Shown here: piece after piece, positions 14,540 to 26,509 of the stretch
Layout: the number at the start of each line of letters is the position of its first letter
Position numbering within the stretch: position 1 is the stretch's first letter
Source of the DNA: Isurus oxyrinchus
Lineage: Eukaryota
Assembly (NCBI GenBank): GCA_026770705.1
Contig: JANJGN010000019.1
Span: forward strand, 105,028,001 to 105,092,000
Direction: 5' to 3'
Length of the DNA: 64,000 bases
Program-made: the position numbers and the translations under genes
The notes under the pieces: model-generated
The model's database searches: none
The model's input: the letters and a program-made list of their open reading frames with translations, nothing else
Told to the model about the DNA's origin: nothing

Positions 14540-15430
14540 TAGCATTTTCTCTAACATTCAGCCTATCTGTCACTTCCATTCTCATTCTCAGGTTCTCAAA
14601 AACATCATTGTCTCTCAACTTCATGTCCAACTCTCTCAAAGTTCTTTGTTTGAGCCTCTCCAGTCCTGCATCACCCTGTTACCAGCACCAAGATGATCTT
14701 GGACAAAGTTTCAATTGATTTCCTCAGTGACTATCACCACGGTCCTCCTTGCCCTCCTTGTGCCCTTTATGGCAATGGTATGATGGACAATGCCATCCTT
14801 CTCCATTACTTATCCTCTGTTGTCAAGCTCTGTGGAACTGCTATTACAGATTCCATCCCATCTGTACAGAAGCAGTTAGTGCATCTCCAGTGATAATTTC
14901 TCTTTTAATTCCACACAGTCACCTTCTAAAGCCTCAAAGGTTCTCTTGGTGGTTCCCCTCCTGTTTCTCCTTCACATGGTACCAGTCAGTGACGCCATTA
15001 GCAGACATGGGAACAACTAACAATGTGTTACCCCGCCTCTACTTCGGCCCTGTTTTTCTCAACCTCATAACCAGCTGTAATAATGTCAGGGGTGAGCCAC
15101 ACTTTCGTCGGCTAAATCTCAGAATAGCTAAGTGATCATTCTCAGCCCCTGCCATAAACTCTGATGCATTTTGCACTGCTTTGCCAGAGAAGGGGTTACA
15201 CTGTCTAATGGAGAAGTAGTGCTGTTTTGAAATTTAGTCAGCCTACTCGCCCTGAACTCAGCTTCAAACCCCACACTCTGCCCATCAGCAAGCACGCTGT
15301 TGCCTCTAGTGCAGCATGATACGCTGACGCTCCACCTCAACTTCCCTGCTGCTGAAAGTCCGATCAATGCTTTTATCATCCCTAAACTGAATTATTCCAA
15401 TGCCCTCCTGGCCTTCCATCCTCCACAGAA
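14540..15430 (+). mobile_element. Highly decayed L2-type LINE RT remnant
   Basis: Degenerate nucleotide match to the L2 motif series RPISxLPFLSKVLE...SLFExxQS...STETALxKVxND and later LINAFI.xLDYSNALL (ORF 15300-15518). Confidence 0.6.
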
Positions 15431-15441
15431 TTCAACTTGCT

Positions 15442-16083
15442 GGCCAGAATTTTCTGCCCACCGGGCAGGCCTGACCCAATCTCCGGCAGGCGAGCCAATT
15501 AAGGCCCGCCCAGCGTGATGTCCGGCGGGAAGCACTATCTGCTCCCTGTGCAGGCGGGGGGTGGGGGGAGTTCCCCAAAAGCGAGAGTGTGCTCTTTCCC
15601 GCATGCGCATGAAAGAACGCTCATCTCCCTGAGGCTAAGTGCAGCCTCAGGGAGATCGCTGAAAGCTGTATAAACAATAAAAATAGAAAACTAGAAAAAT
15701 CCTTGACATGTCCCTCTCATGTGACAGTGTCACACGAGATGGGACATGTTAATAAATTTCATTAAAACTTTATTAAAGCTTTTTAAACCCTACATGAAAT
15801 CTCATCCCGCCGGTGGATGAGGTTTCATGTTTTTTTCTATTTCCCGCTGGGGTTCCTGGTCGACCCGTCAACCTTAAGGTTGGACGGGCAGGTCCTTTAA
15901 TTGTTTTAATGATCCTGTCAATGGCCTCAATTGGCCATTGACAGGTCGGCAGGCCCACAGCTGATTTTGCTGCGCCCCTGCCTTCCTGAAGATTTAAATG
16001 TTGCGCAGTGATGTCGGGGGTTCCATTTTGCATGTCGGCAAGTGGGCCCCGCCCCCCTGCTCGCCAACAGCAAAATTCAGCCC
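15442..16083. mobile_element. Non-autonomous PIF/Harbinger-type DNA transposon (MITE)
   Basis: TIRs GGCCAGAATTTT ... AAAATTCAGCCC; exact 3-bp TSD GCT (15439-15441 and 16084-16086). GC/CpG-rich. Internal motifs shared with 45385-46084 (gcctcagggag, ctcatcc, ttaattg). Confidence 0.8.
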
Positions 16084-16454
16084 GCTAAATAATGGAAAAA
16101 CTTACACAGTTAGTGCGACAAAAATATACTGGCAGAAATGAAGGTGTTATAGATAGAAAGTACACGTAGACATAAGCTTTTTAATACATATATTTCTTAG
16201 GGTTGTCAATCAATCACAGATAATATTTGTGATTAAAATGTTACATTTTATTGGCAATTAATTTTTGAATATGTGTTAATTTTGGAAGTTACAAATAGAA
16301 GGACTTTCTTCTTTGAAGACAAAAGCTCAGTTTTCTGAATTTCTTTGCCCTCCTATCGCTGCCCATTTGCTAATACTAACCAATTAGACTGGCAAGGGAT
16401 CTGCTCTCCGGCCAAAATCATTCTGTAGTGTATCAGAGCAAGCCTATTGATGAA

Positions 16455-16672
16455 ATAAAAAACAGAAATTGCTGGAAATACTCAGCAGGTCAGACAGCAT
16501 TCGTGGAGAGGGAAACAGAGTTAATGTTCAGGAGTTTGGCCAGCTTTAATGAAATATCATCAGCCTGAAATATCTGACTCTCTCTCCCCAGATGCTGCCT
16601 AGACTCCTGAGTATTCCTGTCGTTTTCTGCTTTTGTTTCATATTTCTGGTATCCGCAGTACCTCGCTTTTGT
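16455..16672. mobile_element. Penelope-derived short inverted-repeat element
   Basis: aaaaacagaaattgctggaaatactcagcaggtcagacagcat pairs with atgctgcctagactcctgagtattcc...ttttctgctttt. The same motif family occurs at the end of the Penelope at 40400-40510. Confidence 0.65.
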
Positions 16673-17533
16673 ATTAGGTCTGCTGGTGACATCCTTTTAC
16701 CTTTCCCCTCACACCCTGCGAGGACACCATTGATCTGGGCGTAGCATTGCCTTAAGTGCTTAACTGAGATTGGGAACTAGTTTGTGGGGAGGGATTGACA
16801 GCTCTGAGCCTGCGCGCTATGATTCTTCATGCCACCTAGAGCGGCAGTATGCCCCTTTAAGGAGAATGACTTTTAAACATTCAAGTCCTACAATGTGCTA
16901 ATCCTTTTCACCACCTTATTTGCAAACAGCGAATAATCATGGCCGCTGTAAAATTAACTTGTAACTGGTTATGTGCTGTGAAGTTATACCCGCCATTGGC
17001 AATTGGTAAGATGTGGATTCCATGCCTCTGGGATTGAAAATCATAAATTCCCAGGTTCCACCACACTGTCAGAGGGAGGTAGCAATTGGCACAGATCAAC
17101 GAGCAGTGTTTTGTGCGGACGGTTAGCATTCTTCACCTGCACAGGATCAAACCTTCCTCTGCCGCCCTGCCTGGGGACCCCCTCAGAATACAACAGGACA
17201 GAGTTCTTGTGTCCATATCCTGACCTGGAGTACAATCATGACCACATGTTCAGGTGCCTCTGACCAGTGGACCAGTGATCATGCATGAAACACCAGACAT
17301 ATTAGATAATGCACTTTGCTAGGTTACAAGTGCAAACGATTTGCATTAATCCACAAATAGGAAAACTGAGTTCTTATGTTGAGGTGTACTGAAGTACATT
17401 TCACATTTGTAATGATAACTCTTCTATAATTGTTCTAAATATTGAAAGCCACACATATTTTTTGAAATTCTTAAGCCACATTCACTTTGGGTCAGGATAA
17501 TATGAAATGAGTCCAATCTTTGCAGATATAGAG

Positions 17534-17741
17534 TATTATGTCTTCTCGCTCCCATAAGTTGGAAATAATCACATTTCAGACTCAAAATACTGGAGCTTCA
17601 TTGAGTGTGTTTCTGGCTGGTGGACAGATACATTGTTCTTCAGCACATGACTGCAGTGCGACATTGAAAGTGGCACCACTCGATATATTTTCACATCATA
17701 ATTAGCTTCTAGCTCTTTGCAAATAATAAAACAATTTAACA
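17534..17741 (-). repeat. 3' LTR of the gypsy element
   Basis: TaTTA...TAACA termini; roughly 75-80% identical by eye to 22196-22415; abuts the polypurine tract. Confidence 0.9.
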
Positions 17742-17754
17742 TCCCTCTTTCTTT
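17742..17754 (-). other. Polypurine tract of the gypsy element
   Basis: Minus strand AAAGAAAGAGGGA lies directly before the 3' LTR start TGTTA. Confidence 0.85.
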
Positions 17755-18039
17755 AAAAAACTAAAGTACCTCTATATCAATATAGTTTCAATCATTAACT
17801 TTTTTTCTAAACTGAAAAAGATTAACAATCAACCTTTATAAATAGACTGGACCCCTCAACAGTCTGTTATAGCTTATTTTCTTTACTCAAAATATTATTC
17901 ATGGTATCGCTTAGGTGGTAGGATGTTGTGCCTCTGCCTGTACAAGTGATGTTGTGCATGTTGCTCCTGGTCTTGTAAGAGTTGTGCTCAATGTTGCTAA
18001 TGTTGTATCACTTGCTGGTGACATGGTTGATGTTTCACC

Positions 18040-18412
18040 ACTTGTTGGTGATGTTGTTAATGTTGTCTTGCTGGTTAGTGATGTTGTCTCGCTGGTTAGT
18101 GATGTTGTCTCATGGTTAGTGATGTTGTCTCGCTGGTTAGTGATGTTGTCTCATGGTTAGTGATGTTGTGTCGCTGGTTAGTGATGTTGTCTCACAATTA
18201 GTGATGTTGTCTTGCTCGCTAGTGATGTCTCGCTGGTCAGTGATGTTGTCTTGCTGGTTAGTGATGTTGTACCACTGGTTAGTGATGTTGTCTCGCTAGT
18301 CAGTGATGTCTCACTGGTTAGTGATGTTGTCTCGCTGGTCAGTGATGTTGTCTCACTGGTTAGTGATGTTGTACCGTTGGTTAGTGATGTTGTCTCACGA
18401 TTAGCGATGTTG
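18040..18412. repeat. 21-bp minisatellite (CTGGTTAGTGATGTTGTCTCG)n inside the gypsy pol C-terminal region
   Basis: About 17 imperfect copies, with some 18-20-bp variants; reads TTSLTSE repeats on the minus strand. Confidence 0.9.
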
Positions 18413-21400
18413 CTGGTGGTGTTGATGATCTTTCCTGCTTTTCCAGCTCGGGTGTAGATCAAAGGTGGACTCCGTTCCTTCTCATTTGCTTACTGGTTTC
18501 AGTCTCAATAATGTATGATCTGGGAGCCTCTGATTCACCAACAACCTGTACTGGCTTCCAGGTTTTCATGCTAGGATCCTGTACATGCACAGTTTGTCCT
18601 TTCAACAGCTCAGGCAGGGATTGGGCATGCTTGTTGAAATGTTGAGACCTATTTCTACCTGTACATCAGTGAGTTGTTGTCTCACTTCCTCCTGGTCACT
18701 AAGAGAGAGCAACTTGCTTCGCAGAGTTGTCTTATACTTTCTTGAGGTGAAGATCAGAGTGACTATAAGGCAAGGTTTGGATCTTCCTTTGTCTCTCAGA
18801 ATTTCATGAGGACTCTCTTGACTGCCTGGACATGTCTTTCTATAAACCCATGTTCCCCTGGGTAATGTGTTGATGAGGTGATGATGTTAAACCCGTTCTG
18901 TTAAGTGAATTCCTTAAATTCTCTGTAGGTGAATTGGGTCCCATTGTCTCATTTTATTCTTTCAGAAATTCCTTGCTCAGCAAACAGAACTTGTACTGTT
19001 GAGGTGACTGTTGTAGCTCTCAAATCTTTCACCTTTCAGATGAAAGAGAACTTTGAGTAGTCATCTGCAACTAGAGTTGCTACTCTCGATTGTGCGTGAA
19101 TAAATCGTCTCCCACAGTATACCATGGTCTGGGTGGTATTTCAGCAGCTATCATCTCCTTTCTCTGTTGTGTATTTCTGTACTTTTGGCATACATTGCAG
19201 GTAGACACCATTCTTTTGATGTCTGTGTAGATGTCTATCCAGTAGACAGCTGATCCTGTGCTGAGTTTACATTTCTCCATTCCCATGTGGCCTTCATGTA
19301 TTTTTGGGGAAAGTTCTTCCTGCATCATTTTGGGTCTGATTATTCTGGATTCAGCTAGCAGAACACCATCTTCCAATGAGGTGTCATCTCTGAAAGGCCA
19401 GTACTTCCATATTGCTGGCTGTGTTTGCTGTACCTTATCAGACCATCGCTTGCTGAGAGAGCATGTGTATCTCTTCATCTTTGTTGGTCTCTTCCAAAAT
19501 CTGACTCGTTTGCGGTGGTGTTACATTCACTCAGTGATGGATCTTTATACCTAATTCTTTTATCTCATGTTTCTCCTGTGACGACAACCGAGTTAGGACA
19601 TCCGCTGGCACCATTTTTCTGCCCGGGTTGTATTTCAGAGTGAATGCGTAGCACTGAATCCTTAAGCTCTGCAGTCTTGCTGGATCACTGCACAGATTTC
19701 CTTTTGTAGATCTGCTCCAGATGATCACTGTCTACTATGAACTTTCTCCCAGAGATATGTACGGAATTCCTCACATCCATAAACGACTGCCAAAAGCTCT
19801 CTTTCTGTATTGGTGTATCTGATGTCGGCTGTTGACAGGTTTCTTTCTGACGTAGTGTGACACCCTTGTCTCCATGCATACTACCGCTTTCAGTTTGCTC
19901 TCATGTGACTCTGACCACTGGTACACAACATCTTCTTTCATCACGTGTAGATTTGGTGTGTGTTCTGATATGTGAAGTATGAAAGAACTCATGTACTGAA
20001 TCAAACCAAGGAAACTTCTCAACTCCTCCTTGTCTCTTGGAGCCTCCATCTCAGAGATGGCTTCCAGGACTCAACTTGACTCCACCATTCCAAAGAGCTG
20101 GCATTCTGTCACCTTCACACTTCATTGTCTGTGTTTAGCTTGATCCCAGCTTTCCTGGGTCTCTCCATGTCTTCATGTAGATGGTGATGATCTTTTCCAT
20201 CATTACCATGGATCTGGATATCATCAGCTATGCTGATTGCTCCTTTACATCTCTGGCATGTCTCATCTGTTTTCTGCTGGAACACGTCCTGGCTCATTTT
20301 AAGGTCAAGGGGCAGCTGCAGGAATTTATACCGACCAAAGATATCAATGTTGTCGACAGCAAAGATTCCTCGTCAGGCTTCATACATTTTTGACATCAAT
20401 TTTGCTGAAAACTTTTGCCCCTGCCAGCGTTGGCGTGATCTGTTCCAGTGCTGGAGTGGGGCAGTGGTCCCTCTTTATGACTCGATTAAGATCTTTGGGA
20501 TCCAAGCTAATTCTTAGCCGTTCTTTGGCTTCTCTCTCACCGTGATGGAATTTCCCCAATCCGTAGCCTCTGTGACTTTGGTGATCACTTTCTTTTCTTC
20601 TGTCCCCTGAAGTTCTCCTTCAAACTTTCCTTTTAAATCCTGTAGTACTTTACATAGGGGTTTCACTGTTGAACCAATAGTGATGTGAAACTCAAAATCT
20701 TCAAAGCACCTGACCGTCTCATCAAAACTCTTCCTTGCTTCTGACTGGAGGGTGCTTTTCAATGGCCATACTACCTTCAACCCTCCTTCACCTCATGGTT
20801 TAGTGAGGTAAGCTGCAGCTCTTTTCAACTGCTCAGCTCCAGGATAGCAGAACCATCTATTTCAGTGCTGTAGAACATACAGTTAACATCTTTTCCTTTG
20901 TGTGTCCCCCTGATTTGAATTGTTCCTAGCTGTTGAACCTCAGTTCCCTCATATGCTGTTATCATGACGCTGCTCGGTTTCAGACCATCTCTCCTTGAGT
21001 AACGATTTTCTTTCACATTTTCAGGAAAAACCTTTTGGTATAGTCTGAGTGGGATGATGTTACTCTGTGCTCTGGTCTCAAGCCTCAGCTTCAGATTAAT
21101 GATTGTAGGCTTATTTCTCACCCTCTTCCTGATCTGAATGATTGTGTAAATTTCCTTTCTCTGGGAACTCACATCCAGTCATTTCATGCAGCTGTCTGGT
21201 TCCTACGCTGATTGTTTCCTCAAGCTCATCGTCATCTTCCAGAGTATGGATATTTTGGATTCCTTTCCCTCTCATTCGCCCTGTTGCTCTGTCTCTGGTA
21301 ACTCATTTACTACCCCCTTTCTTTGTTCTGCACGTCTTTTCTACTAAGTGATTTGGTTTTCCAAGCCCTGCAGTCTGATCCATATGTGCATCATTTTCTT

Positions 21401-22183
21401 TTGTCTGGAAACTCATGTGATCATCGACAGCTCTTGCACATCCATCTCTCTGTACATTCTTTTGTTGCTGTTTCACTGCGTCAACCCTGCTGCATTTCTC
21501 TTGACTTAACCGAAAATTAGCTCTTTCTGTAATCAGCACCTTCATCTGTCTATTCGTGGCTTCATGTCCTCTGGCAGTGTCTACAGCTTGCAATATTGTG
21601 AACTTGTCTTTTCCAATTAATCCTTTTTGTACTTAAGGGTGTGCAGAGCCCCAAATGAGTTGACTAGCAGCTTTTTCATCTGTGTCCTTAAATTTACATT
21701 TTCTGGCTGCATTTTTCAATCCTGTTATGAAATTGTCAACAGGCTCACCCGATTCCTGCCTCAGGCCATGAAACTCACTTTGGTAGATCCAGTGATTTGA
21801 GATGTGTGCTGAACTTCTTCAAAATTTTTTTCTGAGGTTCTGCCATTATCCTCACTCAGCTCCCAACTATTAAAAAAAAATTAACCCTTTCCTGCTCATA
21901 AAAAAATGTAACTGACCCTTTCCTCTTCACTGGTGCCTTTTAGAAAGCTACTGAATGCCAGCCTGCATTTTTGTTTAGACTTCTCAAATGCCTTTATGAC
22001 ATCATTATCCTCCTAATTCATTAAGGGCTGGAGCTGTGCGTTTATCATTTTGATTGTAGCCATTTCGTTTTTTGCAAGATTCACTCGGTTTTTCTCTGTC
22101 TCTCTGGCACTAATTCTGGTTGATTTCTCAACCTACTTCAGTATTAAATTTGTTTAACATGTTTGGATTTTACTCACAGATAG

Positions 22184-22195
22184 CCGCTGCCACCA
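22184..22195 (-). other. Primer-binding site complementary to the tRNA-Leu 3' end
   Basis: Minus strand TGGTGGCAGCGG immediately follows the LTR end TAACA. The plus-strand sequence CCGCTGCCACCA equals the 3' end of vertebrate tRNA-Leu(AAG/TAG) plus CCA. Confidence 0.85.
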
Positions 22196-22415
22196 TGTTA
22201 TGCCTTCCCCCATAAGTTAGAAATAATCACACTTTAGATTCAAGATGCTGAGGCTCACCGAGTGTATTACTTGCTGCTCTCCATGTGATACATTGTTACT
22301 GACACATTGTTACTCAGTGCATGACTGCAATGCAACATCGAATGTGGCACCCCGGGGTACATATTCACATAATAATTAGTTCCCAACTCTTTACGAATAA
22401 TATAACAATATAACA
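22196..22415 (-). repeat. 5' LTR of the gypsy element
   Basis: TGTTA...TAACA termini; similar to 17534-17741; abuts the PBS. Confidence 0.9.
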
Positions 22416-22619
22416 TAGACTGTTTCTCCTGCTCAGTATTGCAGCAAGTTGTTTTGTGCCAATTTCAATCCCTTCCCTCCAGTCGCCATTGATTTCCATG
22501 GTAGACCTCTGCTGTCTTGCCCAAGTGAGCGTTCTTCATGTGTCAGTTACAACCAGTAATTCCATCATGGATGCCACCATCACCAAGCCTAGTGCTGCCC
22601 TCACTCAAAGTCCACTTCT

Positions 22620-22815
22620 CCACTAATATTTTTATCCATCAACCAACGTCAGTAAAATATTATCTGGCCATTATCACATTGCTGTTTGTGGGAGCTTGCT
22701 GTGCACAAATTGGCTTCTATGCGTCTTCCCTCGACTACACTGTAAAACTTTATTTGGCTGCAAAGCATGTTGGGACACCCAGAAGCTACAAAAGGTGCTA
22801 GACAAATGCAAGTTC
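22620..22815 (+). mobile_element. Deu-domain SINE 3' fragment
   Basis: ttatctggccattatcacattgctgtttgtgggagcttgctgtgcacaaattggct...aaaggtgctagacaaatgcaag, homologous to about 53390-53580. Confidence 0.75.
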
Positions 22816-23479
22816 TATTGCTCTTTTCTTTTTAAATTTCCAGTTTACATTCAAAGGAGATTTGCATTAAGCACCCTTACTGCTAGCCTGCTGCAGGTGA
22901 GTTGTCTCTAGTCCAAAAGAAAAGGGCAGAGCTGGACTTCTGCTCTGAAATTTGATCAGAGTAAATAACTGCTCGCTATTCATACTACCCCTGTAGCTGT
23001 AATTGTGCTGGGAATGTACCAAACAAAAAGTCCATGTTCAGAATAAACAGGCTGTGAGACTGCTGAGTGCTACCAGTTGAAATCCAAATCCAGAGTACCT
23101 CTGATCAGTGATACTGCACCACTGGTATTTCCTAATATGCAAGCCAGTATCTTAAGAAATGTATTTTACGTAAACCAGAGTTCCACTTTGTGTCAAGGAG
23201 CTGGCCTTTCTGGTAAGAAAAATGGTTTGGGGGGTGGGGCAGGGGGGGTTTCTGGTGAATGCCGGGAGTGGTGACTCTGAAGAGAAGGATACTTTCATGA
23301 TCCCATTAGCATAAGAGGAGTTAAATTATTCATGATGTGATCCTATGGGGAGAAGTAAAGTTAATGCATATAGTTTTTAACTCTCTTCCTCTCTGCTGTG
23401 AGAATGAACTCCTGCTGCATTCAGTGCTCAGCCGCTTACTGAAAGCTCCTGTGGTATGTTAGAAACCAGTGGTGCTGTG

Positions 23480-23830
23480 AACACTGAGATTCATCTCGCT
23501 AGTGCAGCTCTCAACAGAGACCATCTGGACGAGTTCCAAAAGGTGATTAAACAAATTGATCAGCATTAGTTGCCATGTCACATGTCCAAAACTCTGGATT
23601 AAAAGAAAAACACATTTGACTTGGGGCCAAGGCGCTAACGTCATCCTTTTTGCACTATTCAGATGGCCCAAAAGCGTCTGTGCCATCTTTGTATCCGTAT
23701 GGTCTGTAATCATGAACAGGTTGTGTAAATGGCCTCTCAGTAGCAGTGTCTGTTCCCATAGAACAGTGCAGTTCATATTAACTAGGTCAGCCTTGTGCTC
23801 CATTAGACAGAGGGAAAAATATCAGAAGTA
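23480..23830. promoter_or_regulatory. Candidate conserved enhancer block containing a RORE/DR8 element
   Basis: Repeat-free and motif-dense: AGTTCA-N8-AGGTCA at 23770-23789 with RORE TAACTAGGTCA, CAGATG E-boxes, GGATTA, TAAACA and TGTAAAT. Conservation not verified. Confidence 0.4.
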
Positions 23831-26509
23831 TTCTTACAACAGGCATGGGGAATCTAGACTGTAAGGGGTGTGGCTAGAATTTGTTCTAGAAGCTGAAAAG
23901 GAAATGATTTGGGTGCAGGAGATAGATTTAATATGCAGACAGAAATTAATTTGCCAGAAGACTCATGGTGATAAAACATAGGAAGCCTTGGTCATATATA
24001 TTTATATATATTGTGAAAGGCAAACTAAATTAAGTATTTGGCTCAGTTTAATGGAAGAACACTTAATGGAAACGTTTGATAATATATTCAAATATATATT
24101 TTTAGAAGTATTTAGCTGATTATGAGTGTTGCTGAAAGTAAAATGAAAAAGGTTTTGGCTGCTTGGAAAAAAATATCTTGCAGTAGAGCCAGTAATTAGG
24201 AAGTAGGCTTGATACCACAGTGTGATACAAGTAAATTTAGTACAACATGCAACTTGTGTCCCTTTAGATAAAAGTTGAGCAAACAGAACCTACTTCATAA
24301 TTAGACTTTCCTTACACTTTAATCTTAGGCAACCTGCCTTCGAATGTCTTGATGGGGCACTATTAACCCTTGTTAGGGGTGAGAAACCCAATTTATTCAA
24401 GGAAACACCTGCAGGCTGATGTTAAGCCTAGCCTGCCCATTCCACAACAGTCTTTGTGGAGTGTGTTTTTGGGAATTATCACTGGCAACAAAGCCCTCTC
24501 TACCTTTTTAGTCTTATTGTGCAGAATAATGCAAAGTGGCAGTTAGTCAGCACGTAATGCAATTTTTGAGGAAATAAACTGAGGTCATTTAACAATAAAA
24601 GTGATCAGGCTAATTATTTTTATTGCTAGAATATTAACAAATAGGATGAGTTCCAATACAATGTTTTTTTTTTGGTTGCTTGATAGATAAATTCGGCCTT
24701 CTGCAAAGGAAAAGCCATCTTTGCCATCTTCTACTAGGTCAGTTGTTTTATACCCAACAATGTGATAATAATGCATGTAACAATCCAAAATAAATGTGTA
24801 GCATATTTCTAGTTATTAAAGATATATATACGTATATATATATATATCTGTGAAAAAGTTGATTGCTATTTTTAAGTAAAACAAATGTCTGCTGCATGCT
24901 CTTCCTGATGATCTTTTTCATTTGGCTTTTAGCTGTACTTTTCTTCAAAAGTCTAAATAATAATATATTGATTTCAAAATGTGCTTAGTCTTGTGTAGAA
25001 TTGTGTTTGCATGTGTTCATAGTGAAGAAATTGCATGCATCAATCAGAGAGGTGAATCAGGGCCACAATAAAAGCAATTAATGGCCCCAAATTTACCAAT
25101 TTAAAGCTGTGTAATGTCTGAACCGCTTTTAAATTTATGGAGGTATACGTTTACCTTGGCTACAGTTCTGAGTTCTGATGTATCAAATGTTCACAAATGG
25201 GCAAAATGAGAGACAGTACTTTAGACCAAAAACAAAAACTTAAGATGTGAACTCTGTTTTATGTTCTCATGTCTGTCTTGATCCCTTCTTACAACAAGAG
25301 TTTCTTCCTGCAATACTTTATAACCTCTTACATAGTCTTCAGCTATAATATAAATTGTGTATTTTTCTTTTCACTTTCAAGTTATCTCTTTTCATGGACT
25401 CCGTTTCACTGCAACTTGATGAATGACATGAAAGCTTGGCTTTCCTGCCTGAGATTACAGTTATTAGAACCTGATTCTTACCTGGGCAGGTAGATGTTTC
25501 TGATTCCCAGCTAGCAGCTGAAAACAACCCTAAAATGAGGCAGCCTAACTGCTTATTTTACCCAACTGCTGTCGCCTCCCCTTCTCTCATTGAGAACACA
25601 CTGCTGAGCTGATGTGGATCTATCCCTTTGGCACAGCCAAATGTAAACACATTTGACTTCAGTCCAGTTAATATGCCTAAACAATTTCTGGTTCAGTAAT
25701 TTTTATGACTATGTGATGCAAGTATTTCAACAGTCTGAAAGATCACACACCCACTTTTTCTTCTGTCTAACCTTGCAAACTATTCAAAGGATAGGCTTTC
25801 TTCTTGATTGTAAAGAGGAATTCTAAATGTACACGGCTATAATTGCCAACCAGAGTAACAGTAATATAAGGGTATTATCTGCACAGGAGAAATATTGCAG
25901 TGGGATAATGCTTTAACCTGAAAGAAAACGTTTAATAAATTCACTGGTTGTTCACTTCAAATGGAAACAAGACTGGTACATTTAGTGGTCATTTATTCAG
26001 ATCAGTAAGAGTACAATTGGCATTCTGAAGGGATACTAAACTTAATTACATGGGACTGATAAAGTTTTGTATTCTTGCAAATTTAGAATTTCTACTTTGT
26101 CACTGTACCAGTCAGTCTATGAAATTTTGCTGAATGCAGTCTGGATTGGTGACGTATGTGAGCGAGACACTTGTATTGATTGCAAAATTAACTAGCGTGT
26201 GCTAACAGCCCTGACTCACCTCATTTTTGTATGATCACCACCTTTACAGTGATATGTAAACAAGTGGCAGCATCACAGCTAAGGAGTTGTCTTTCTCAAA
26301 GAAACAATATTTATTTTTTTCAAAAATCACCGTCCATTCTTTTTAAGCAAAATATATTTAATGCGAAGAAAATGAGCCTAAACTTTCAAAAAGAAGTGTG
26401 CTGGAACTGGTATTATTCAGTTTGGATGTTGGTGATGTTAACCATTACAGCACGTAAGCGAATAAAACAAAACAAGTTCTGTGCTTGCTTGTTTTACCCC
26501 CAAATCTTT

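Larger units (their letters stand above)
17534..22415 (-). mobile_element. Full-length, decayed Ty3/gypsy LTR retrotransposon, antisense to MEIS2
   Basis: Two direct repeats of about 210-220 bp, a PBS, a PPT and TSD tagag/tagac. Minus-strand ORF fragments occur in gypsy order: gag-like region, protease (LETRAQSNII, cf. LDTGA), RT (IADDIQIHG, cf. YxDD), RNase H (KFIVDSDH; LKYNPGRKMVPADVLTR), integrase Zn finger (IHEGHMGMEKC...CNVCQ) and core (PWYTVGDDLF). Many stops and frameshifts. Confidence 0.93.
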
